32,644 nt of DNA from a virus (lineage: Duplodnaviria > Caudoviricetes): positions 1-32,644 of the IMG/VR virus record IMGVR_UViG_3300008085_000084. The stretch is one strand, 5' to 3'. Below are positions 19,315 to 27,100 of this stretch, piece by piece. Position 1 is the stretch's first letter. Every line of letters starts with the position of its first letter. The translations under genes and the position numbers were made by a program. The notes beneath the pieces were generated by a model that worked only from the letters and a program-made list of their open reading frames with translations, made no database searches and was not told the origin of the DNA.

Positions 19315-19447
19315 GCCTAACGTGTTTTCGCTTGCCGTCAGGTGGGGCAATCGAAGCACTAAGCTGCCGATAACCACCGAACTTTAATAGAATTACAAAC
19401 CTTGAAGCTACCATCGAACCTGCCATTACGCAAAATGGCTGTTATCG
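19315..19447 (+). repeat. attC-like element (E2, 133 bp, arms apparently chimeric)
   Basis: Starts with a perfect RYYYAAC (GCCTAAC) and ends GCT-GTTATCG; same length and internal ~18-nt periodicity as E1. Confidence 0.7.
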
Positions 19448-19473
19448 GTAGTGCTTCTACAAATCTTAAAAAT

Positions 19474-19698
19474 ATGTGGTCTTTAAAACCAACAAACAAA
19501 AAACCAATCGAAGTGAAGCAAATTGTATTTGATAAGGTTGCTGGGGTATTTGATTACCCAAAAAATATTAGAGTGCCAAACGTTGGCGAATATGTTTGGT
19601 TTAGTATGGAGAAACAAGGAAATGTTCTTTCAGTTAAAAATAAACTTGAAAAGGGTTTTTTTGTAACGACAATTCGTGTAGGTGAAATCAATTCATAA
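19474..19698 (+). CDS. hypothetical protein (cassette payload)
   Basis: MWSLKPTNKK...IRVPNVGEYVWF...; the frame is also open upstream into E2 (ATG 19435, TTG 19402). Confidence 0.65.
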   Translation: MWSLKPTNKKPIEVKQIVFDKVAGVFDYPKNIRVPNVGEYVWFSMEKQGNVLSVKNKLEKGFFVTTIRVGEINS

Positions 19699-19755
19699 TG
19701 GTGTTATAGAAACTTATGATGGTAAAAAATACATTATAAAATTAGAAAAAATAAA

Positions 19756-20073
19756 ATGAATAGACATTATGTAAGTTTTGAACAAAGTGAATTACTTAAA
19801 GAAAAAGGTTGTCCTTATGATAAAAAAGAATATCTTGAAAGACCTAAAGTATATGAAGTAATTGAATGGATTTTTCAAAAGTATAATTATTCTATTGAAG
19901 TGGAATTAAATATACCAGAATCAAGAAAATATGACGATTGTTATGTTTTTAACAGTATGGTGAAAGGTTTTGAGAACTATAAGTTAGCAATACTTTATAA
20001 GTCTAAAGATTTCCCTAATAGGCAAAAAGCTTATTTAGACGCAATAAACTATGTATTAGAGAAGTTAGTATGA
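19756..20073 (+). CDS. hypothetical protein
   Basis: 105 aa; YVSFEQSELLKEKG...P..YEVIEW...KYN motif pattern. Confidence 0.7.
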   Translation: MNRHYVSFEQSELLKEKGCPYDKKEYLERPKVYEVIEWIFQKYNYSIEVELNIPESRKYDDCYVFNSMVKGFENYKLAILYKSKDFPNRQKAYLDAINYVLEKLV

Positions 20074-20381
20074 AACAAAAATTTCTACCTGCACAAATTT
20101 AATTATTAACCGAGAAGTATCTGTAGCTATTTTGCCAAACTGCTGTTATAACCAGTGCTTTACCTTGCCCTTTTTGTGGGGAAAAACCGAAAGTAGATAA
20201 AAGCTATATGCCATCTGAGGTCGAAATAAGTTGTGTAAACCCTAATTGCCATGCAAAACCAAGTGTTTATGAAAGCGTACAATGTGTCGAAAATAAAGGC
20301 GATACTGTAACTTATTCTCCAATGTTTGAGTGACATTGGCAAAGTATCCTTGATAAGTGGAATACTTGGCATTGTTTATAA
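20070..20381 (+). pseudogene. Lar-like (restriction alleviation) zinc-finger pseudogene
   Basis: Single frame MKQKFLPAQI*LLTEKYL*LFCQTAVITSALPCPFCGEKP...ISCVNPNC...MFE*HWQSILDKWNTWHCL*; LPCPFCG and terminal KWN match the Lar family; internal stops at 20100, 20124 and 20331. Confidence 0.72.
20085..20151 (+). repeat. attC-like element, right half (E3)
   Basis: TTGCCAAACTGCT-GTTATAA with core GTT at 20145; matches the E0 and E2 right ends. Left boundary approximate. Confidence 0.6.
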
Positions 20382-20465
20382 CGTTCCTCGTGTATGCGTA
20401 GGGCGAATAATTAACAAAAAATTTAATTTAAAAACAAACATTAATAAAATAACAGAAGATTTAAA
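20376..20465 (+). repeat. attC-like element, left half (E4)
   Basis: TTATAAC-GTTCCTCGTGTATGCGTAGGGCG followed by periodic A-rich units; no right arm found. Right boundary approximate. Confidence 0.55.
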
Positions 20466-20479
20466 TATGGAGTAATAGT

Positions 20480-20779
20480 ATGATTAAAACAGAAAACTTA
20501 AAAGAACTTGCACGTTTGCAAGAAATCACTAAAGTAAATTTAAAAGATGGCATAATACATAAATGTAAGTTATATTCAAATGTATTAGAATTTTATTTGT
20601 CAACAGACAAAGAAGGATACTTTCTAAATCACAAAATGAAAGATGATGTATTTCAAGATAACTCGTTAAAGCAAATACTTTCTTTTATTGAAGAAAGATA
20701 TAATGAAGATTTAGAAAAGCGTGTAGAAGCAGCTAAAAAAGCAGTATGGAATGATATAGCAGAAAATAGTGGTATATAA
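20480..20779 (+). CDS. hypothetical protein
   Basis: 99-aa ORF. Confidence 0.6.
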   Translation: MIKTENLKELARLQEITKVNLKDGIIHKCKLYSNVLEFYLSTDKEGYFLNHKMKDDVFQDNSLKQILSFIEERYNEDLEKRVEAAKKAVWNDIAENSGI

Positions 20780-20782
20780 ATT

Positions 20783-21595
20783 ATGAGTCGTTATTTTATA
20801 GATACTGAATTTTTAGAAGGTTCTCAAAAAGAACCTTTTCCTATTTCTTTATTCAGAAAAAAAACAAAACCAACTATTGATTTAATATCCATCGCTTTGG
20901 TTTCAGAAGATAATCGTGAATATTATGCTATTTCTAAAGACTTCAATTTAAAAGAAGCTTGGAATAGACATGATATTAAACGAACAAAAACAGAAAACAA
21001 CCCATACAAAGATTATTGGATTCGTGAAAATGTTCTTAAATCTATATGGAGAGAGTTAAGAGTAAAGGAAGTAGAAGAGTACAATATAGCTAAAAATAGG
21101 AATGTTGTATTAGATTTTCCAACGTATATTTTTACCTATGAATCACTTAAAAGATTAATTAATAAATACGGTAAAACCAATAAACAAATAGTTCAAGAAA
21201 TTAAAGACTTTGTAGCGGAAAAAGATAGAACATCTACAACTATTTTTAAATATAAAACAGAATACAAATTTAAAGACGTTCAATTTTACGGTTATTATGC
21301 CGATTATGATTGGGTAGCTTTTTGTTGGTTATTTGGTAAAATGATTGACTTGCCTAATGGTTTTCCTATGTTTGCTTTTGATTTAAAACAAACTATGGAT
21401 GAAAAAGTAATGCTATTAATGGAAAAAGAAAATCAATCAAGAATATTCCATAAAATAAAATTATTTTCTTTTGATGAAGCATTAGAATCTTTTAAAACAA
21501 GAAAAGATTATCCTAAACAAACTAACGAACACAATGCACTTAGTGATAGTAGATTTGTAAGAGATTTGTATTATTTTTTAAATAATAAAACATAG
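20783..21595 (+). CDS. DEDDh 3'-5' exonuclease (Rv2179c/DUF5051-like exoribonuclease)
   Basis: YFIDTEF, LISIALV, YADYDWV, DLKQ and HNALSD motifs. Confidence 0.85.
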   Translation: MSRYFIDTEFLEGSQKEPFPISLFRKKTKPTIDLISIALVSEDNREYYAISKDFNLKEAWNRHDIKRTKTENNPYKDYWIRENVLKSIWRELRVKEVEEYNIAKNRNVVLDFPTYIFTYESLKRLINKYGKTNKQIVQEIKDFVAEKDRTSTTIFKYKTEYKFKDVQFYGYYADYDWVAFCWLFGKMIDLPNGFPMFAFDLKQTMDEKVMLLMEKENQSRIFHKIKLFSFDEALESFKTRKDYPKQTNEHNALSDSRFVRDLYYFLNNKT

Positions 21596-21658
21596 AAAAA
21601 CTAGAAACCAATGTCTGTTGGAATAAACAATTACATGAATTTTAAAAAAAACTGTAAT

Positions 21659-22015
21659 ATGAAACTACAAATAATTGAAACACCTGAATATTACTTAGCT
21701 GTTTCTGATGAAAAGATTGAAGATGGTAAAACGTTTGTTACAAAAGATGGTGTAGTTCATACTCTTTATGGTTATAATTATGGAGATAAAGTAGTTGTAA
21801 CCTACAAACTAAAAGACAATTCAAATGATATTATCCAAACTCTCAAACAACCTAAAACACCTAAATGGTTTATTGCTGAAATGGAACTTTGTAATAATTG
21901 TATAAATCATCAAGGACAACATTTAAGTTCTGATTGCTGTCATAATTATAAACTTAAAACCACAACAAACTCAGAAGGTAAAGAAGTCTTAGTAGGAGAA
22001 TATATATATGAGTAA
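21659..22015 (+). CDS. hypothetical protein with a Cys/His cluster
   Basis: ORF track 21611..22015; ATG at 21659 (MKLQIIETPEY) is plausible; contains CNNC...H...CCH. Confidence 0.6.
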   Translation: MKLQIIETPEYYLAVSDEKIEDGKTFVTKDGVVHTLYGYNYGDKVVVTYKLKDNSNDIIQTLKQPKTPKWFIAEMELCNNCINHQGQHLSSDCCHNYKLKTTTNSEGKEVLVGEYIYE

Positions 22016-23789
22016 AGTACCAAAAAAAATATTTATGAACAATAAAATTGAATTATTAGGATGGTATGGAGGAGATGAAGCAATTGCTTGTTCAGCTTGG
22101 ACAAGTACAAATCGTGATTTGACTCCAGAAAAACGTGAACGTATTCCAAGTTTATTAAAACAATTATGGAGTGCAGAACCTGTACCTCATGGTAGTCCAT
22201 TTGAAAAAGGTATTGTACACTTTCTAGTAGATACTGATATAGCTAGTCATATACATCTTCTAAAACACAGAATTAGCTCTATTAATGCCGAATGTATTAC
22301 TGGAGATACTAAAATAACATTTGTTAATACTAATAATGTAGCATCAGCAAAATTAGCAAAAACTGTAAAAGAGCTTTATGATAGTTGGAATAATGGTAGA
22401 AAACATCAAAACACCGAAGCTGATAAATTATATAATCAAAAAAGAATAAAAAATATGAAGCTTAGGGTTCTTGATGAAAAAACAGGATTATTTACAACTT
22501 CTCATATAAAAGATGTTTGGTATAAAGGTAAACAAGATATTTACCAAATTACATTATGTAACGGCAAGAAAATAAAATGTACTGATAATCATTTTATTTG
22601 GACTAAAGATGGGTATAAAACCATTTCAAACGGATTGTCTTTAAATTCATTAGTTGGTTGTAATGGGATTAGTATTGAAGTACCTAATAAACCATGGACT
22701 TTTGAGTCTTTTTATTCAGAATCTTTAAATTATACTAGAAAAGAATTTGCAATAAAGTATAATCTTAAATATGAACTCGTTAAAAAATGGGGTTATATTT
22801 TTGATATATCATTTAAAAAAGATGAAAATAAAGATTTTAAAAAAGGATTGCAACCATGGAATAAAAATATTACAGGGTATAAAATTAATATAAAAAAAAG
22901 AAAACATAATCCTTTAAAAGGAGATAAATCACATTTTTGGAGAGGTGGAATTTCATCCGAAAGAGAATTGATAGGAACATGGGCTACTCAAAATGCTTTT
23001 AAAGTACACCAGAAATATAACTTTACTTGCCAAAAATGCGGATTATCATCAAAAAATCTACATGCTCATCACATAATTCCAGTTACTGCAGATATAACAA
23101 AAGCTTATGATTTTGAAAATTTAATCACAGTTTGTAAAAACTGTCATTATAAAATACATGAAACAGTAGAAAGTGAAATTGAGTTTGCTAAAGAAGTATT
23201 ATCTCAAAATTACGAAATAAAAATAATTGATTGGTATAATAATCCTAAAAGATTAAAGGGTAAATTAGCAGTTCATTATTCTCCTATAATTGATATTTCT
23301 TTTCTTGGTAAAGAAGATACATACGATATAGAAGTAGAAGGAAATAATAACAATTTTATAGCCAACGGAATAGTTGTTCATAACTCAGCTAGATATAAAG
23401 AGTTAAAAGAAGATAAGTTTTACCTTCCTGAAGATTGGAATGAAATTTATCCATCAGGTGATGGGTTTAAACTTGGTTTAGATTGGAAAGAAATTCTTGA
23501 AGATTATACTATTCAAGGTAATATTTTATATCATCAATGTTTAGAAGATTTAACACCTATTCTTGGTAGAAAAAGAGCTAAAGAATCAGCTAGATTCTTT
23601 AAAACTTATAATTCCCAAATACAAGCAGATATACTATTTAATATGAGATCATTTCATAATTTCTTAACTCAAAGAATGGATGAATATGCTCAATTAGAAA
23701 TAAGAATTATTGCTAAAGAGATGCTCGAACTTGTTAAAAATATTGAAGGTAATCCTTTTAAATATACACTTGAAGCATGGAGTTTTTAA
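22008..23789 (+). CDS. thyX: flavin-dependent thymidylate synthase ThyX, intein-containing precursor
   Basis: HGSPFE, split motif KHRISSINAE|SARY, ESARF and N.RSF.NF..QR....AQLEIR motifs. Confidence 0.92.
   Translation: MSKVPKKIFMNNKIELLGWYGGDEAIACSAWTSTNRDLTPEKRERIPSLLKQLWSAEPVPHGSPFEKGIVHFLVDTDIASHIHLLKHRISSINAECITGDTKITFVNTNNVASAKLAKTVKELYDSWNNGRKHQNTEADKLYNQKRIKNMKLRVLDEKTGLFTTSHIKDVWYKGKQDIYQITLCNGKKIKCTDNHFIWTKDGYKTISNGLSLNSLVGCNGISIEVPNKPWTFESFYSESLNYTRKEFAIKYNLKYELVKKWGYIFDISFKKDENKDFKKGLQPWNKNITGYKINIKKRKHNPLKGDKSHFWRGGISSERELIGTWATQNAFKVHQKYNFTCQKCGLSSKNLHAHHIIPVTADITKAYDFENLITVCKNCHYKIHETVESEIEFAKEVLSQNYEIKIIDWYNNPKRLKGKLAVHYSPIIDISFLGKEDTYDIEVEGNNNNFIANGIVVHNSARYKELKEDKFYLPEDWNEIYPSGDGFKLGLDWKEILEDYTIQGNILYHQCLEDLTPILGRKRAKESARFFKTYNSQIQADILFNMRSFHNFLTQRMDEYAQLEIRIIAKEMLELVKNIEGNPFKYTLEAWSF
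22293..23384 (+). mobile_element. intein (364 aa) with HNH homing endonuclease
   Basis: Block A CITGDTKI, block B CTDNHFIWT, block F DTYDIEV, block G VVHN followed by +1 Ser; internal CQKC...HAHHI...NLITVCKNCH..IH. Confidence 0.93.
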
Positions 23790-23790
23790 A

Positions 23791-24033
23791 ATGAATAGAG
23801 ATTATTATTTCTTTAGTAATGATATTTTATTTGAACAATATATAGATGAAACAATTTCATTAGAAGAATTAATTAAAAAACTAAATGAATCTACTGATTG
23901 GGAAGTTTATTGTGATTTAGATAAAGATAAAGTTAAAAGTTTAATGAAATTAACAGAACAATATAATCGTATTTATACTATAAATTTACAATTGTATATG
24001 TTATTTAACACTATTAAACGTAAACAAAAATAA
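23791..24033 (+). CDS. hypothetical protein
   Basis: ATG at 23791 (MNRDYYF), 1 nt after the thyX stop, preferred over the start at 23710. Confidence 0.6.
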   Translation: MNRDYYFFSNDILFEQYIDETISLEELIKKLNESTDWEVYCDLDKDKVKSLMKLTEQYNRIYTINLQLYMLFNTIKRKQK

Positions 24034-24041
24034 ATAATAAA

Positions 24042-24073
24042 TAAAAAAGGTAGCTTTCAAACTACCTTTTTTA
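24042..24073. terminator. bidirectional intrinsic terminator between convergent modules
   Basis: TAAAAAAGGTAG / CTACCTTTTTTA perfect inverted repeat with A/T tracts on both sides. Confidence 0.85.
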
Positions 24074-24108
24074 ATAATGACATATATAATAAAATAATAT
24101 AAGAATTT

Positions 24109-27100
24109 TTACTCTCTTTGTTTATAACTCATTCTAACTAATTTGTTATACTGAGCAGTACCTGGAATTAAATCAAAAATATTTCTAACAGTTCTTGATG
24201 TTTCTTTAAATGGTCCTGATTGTAATTCATCTTCCATATCACCAAAGGTAATATTATATACATCACTAGTAAATCTAACTATTTTTTCATAAAAACCAAA
24301 TAAAATAGTAGGATTTTGAACAAGTGTCATAAACTCAGTAGGATTACTATAAAACAAAATATCTGTTTTTAATCGTAATCCTTCATTATATATAAAGTTA
24401 ATGAAAAATGAATCATCTTCATCATCATCATCTTTACCTAATAATACTAATAATAACATTGTAGTAATTAATATTTCTAATTCATTAATACTTTTTCTTA
24501 ATCCTATAATATCTAGTTCTGATAAACCTGTATTTGTTTCAGCTTCATTCATAGTCATACTACCAAACTTTAATTTATAAGCTACACTAAATAAATTAAT
24601 TAAATGTTTAGCATGACCACCAATATCATTTTTAGGCATACTAGCAAATATATCTTTCATACTTCTATAATGACCTTTTACTCTATATCCTAAAGCAGGA
24701 TCAAAATGTTCTATTTCCATTCTTATAGCAAAACCTTCAAACATCCATTTTCTAAATTGAGAAACTGAACGACCTATAAAAGTATTTGTTATTTGAATAA
24801 CACTATCTGGATCGTAGTTACCATGAACATTTTTTATTTTTTGATCCAATGCTATTTTAAATCTATCAAATTCATTAGCTTGATTAGTATCAATCCATTC
24901 TTGTTCTATGTCTTTATGTTCTTGTTTAATATTACCAGATTCATCTAAAGCTTCCCACAATGAAATACCAGATTTAACTTCTTTATTCATCATCATAGCA
25001 ATCATAACAGGAGCTTGGTTAAGATATTCTCCACCATTTTGTAAAGCATAAGGAGATAAAAATTTAAGTTTTCTACTTAATTCTCCCATACCAACACGAT
25101 TAAAAAATTCTCCTGTAGTATCTTTAAATAATTCTTCAGATGATTTTTTAAGAACATCTAGTTCTTTCATTAACTTTGTTATTTTAGTTCTTAAATCTTT
25201 GTCTTTTAAAGATTTAAAAATAATTATCTCAGCATCTTTTAATTGTGTTTGACTATATGCTCTTTCATCTGCTGAATGAACATAATTAGCTACTTTACCA
25301 AACATTACGTTAGCAACTCCAGCAGCAGTATTCCAACCCATAGTCAACCATCTTAAATATTTTAAGCTAAAATCACCTATTTTAGAACCAGTAATATTAG
25401 AACCTAAATTATCTATTAAAGATAGTATCTCAAGTTTATTTTTTTCATATAAATCTTTACCTAATTTTCTTTTGTTTAATTCTAATTGAACAAGCATATC
25501 TTCATATTCAATTTTCTTTTGTTTATTTTCAGTAGACAATACTTTAGATTTACTTACTGCTTCTTGTTTATATGATTCATCATAAAATGTTTTATTTAAA
25601 AAGAAATCTAATGCTTCATTAATACGAGTTAATGTATCTTTATCTAATTGAATACCATTAGAAGTATTTACTTGACCAATAACATTAGTATCTAATTCTC
25701 TAACACGTTGAAATTGATCTACAGCAATACGAATATCAGTTTCTATTTTAGATTTATATTTATACATCATTGTATTTAAAGCTAAAATCTTAGTTATTTG
25801 AGATAAATCAAAAGATTGTTTACCTAAAACTTCTTTTTTAGCTCTATTTAATAAGTTTTCTCTTATCAATTTATTATTAGGATACTCTTCAGGATTATAT
25901 AAAGGATTTAATAATTTGTGTTCTTTTTCTAAATTATACAAATGAATTTCTATCATTTGATTAATACTTACTGTTTTACTAGATAACTTTTTAGTAATAG
26001 CATCAGTAGCAATATTTACTTTATTACCTACTTCTGTTGAAGGAGAAGGGGTGGAGAATGCTTTAATCCATTCATCGTATAAAACATCTGAAGAAGGAGT
26101 ATCTTTAAACTTCTCAAGAAAATCTTTTTCCATAAAAGGAATAGAAAAACTATCTGTATGATCTCTTTCCTCATAAGGAATCATATATTTAAGTTGATTA
26201 ATTTGTTTTCTAATAAATGTAAAGTAATCAAATAATTCTTTGTTATTTAATATGGTTTCATAATTAGCATTATAAAAACCAGTAGATACTTTATTTACTT
26301 CTCGTTTAGGAATACGATGTATATAATGATATGCTTCAGAAGTTTTATCTTTATTCTTTTGTTTTAGTTTTTCATAAGGAGAGTTTTTACTAATCCAATG
26401 TTTAAACAATCTAGCTTTAGCTTTATCATCTAATTTATCATTACTATTTATGTTTTCCCATTCAATACTTCTTTTATCAATATAGTTTCTTATTTTCTTT
26501 TTAGCAGAACTTAATTCTTTATCTAATATATATTTGTTACCAGTTACTTTTAATAACCTATTATATATAGCTAATTTAGCTTGATCACTTATGTTTACAT
26601 TCTCTATAAATTCTTGTGGTATATTTTCATCTACATCATCAAAATAAGTTACATCTATTGTTGTAGTTTTATCTTCTAATTCAGTCCAATTTCTAGTTTG
26701 TACCATTTCTGATAACCACTTGTAATAAGAATCATTTACATAGTGTAATAATCTACCTGTAAAATTACCAGCACTATCTTTACTAAAAAATATAGATTGA
26801 TCTAATCCTAATTCTTTAAGTTTTCTATTACTTGCAACAGATAAAGCATCTATTTGTTCAGCTATTTTAATAGCTTCTTTTCGTGCTTTAATACGCATTA
26901 ATTTAACAGCATTAAATATAGCACCTACAATTTTGTTATCTGTCAATCGAGATATATCTAATGTTTTAGCAGCAACTAATCCTACATCTTTAATAGCTTT
27001 AATTAAATCACTAATAGATTCAAATACACCAGTTTGTTTTTCAACAAATTGTTCTAATTTACTTTCATTTTGTAAAACTAATTCATTTTTTAATGTATAA

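Larger units (their letters stand above)
18805..20382 (+). mobile_element. integron-like gene cassette array without integrase (four cassettes)
   Basis: Cassettes 18805-19036, 19156-19321 and 20145-20382 each have mutually complementary ends; a fourth starts at 19441; two intervening elements are both 133 bp. Confidence 0.7.

Noticed and set aside
19187-19426. Minus-strand 79-aa ORF
   Set aside because: Antisense to the Zn-ribbon cassette and element E2; open frame is explained by locally higher GC.
19690-19715. TCATAAT...GTTATAG as the end of the third cassette
   Set aside because: Not complementary to the cassette start GTTATCGGTAG and far too short for an element; the true end appears deleted.
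20160-20372. Minus-strand 70-aa ORF
   Set aside because: The plus strand encodes a recognisable Lar-like sequence in the same interval.
20070-20381. Stop-codon reassignment (known in some Crassvirales) as the explanation for in-frame stops
   Set aside because: All three stop types occur in this one ORF, long genes are uninterrupted under the standard code, and TGA ends many genes in ATGA overlaps.
18755-20465. CRISPR array or diversity-generating retroelement
   Set aside because: Repeats are long, degenerate and separated by whole genes; no cas gene, reverse transcriptase or adenine-specific TR/VR pair is visible.
17380-23789. Uracil- or hypermodified-base DNA system (dcd plus altered ung)
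   Set aside because: An apparently intact ThyX and dNMP kinase point to ordinary dTTP synthesis; no base-modifying transferase is seen in the window.
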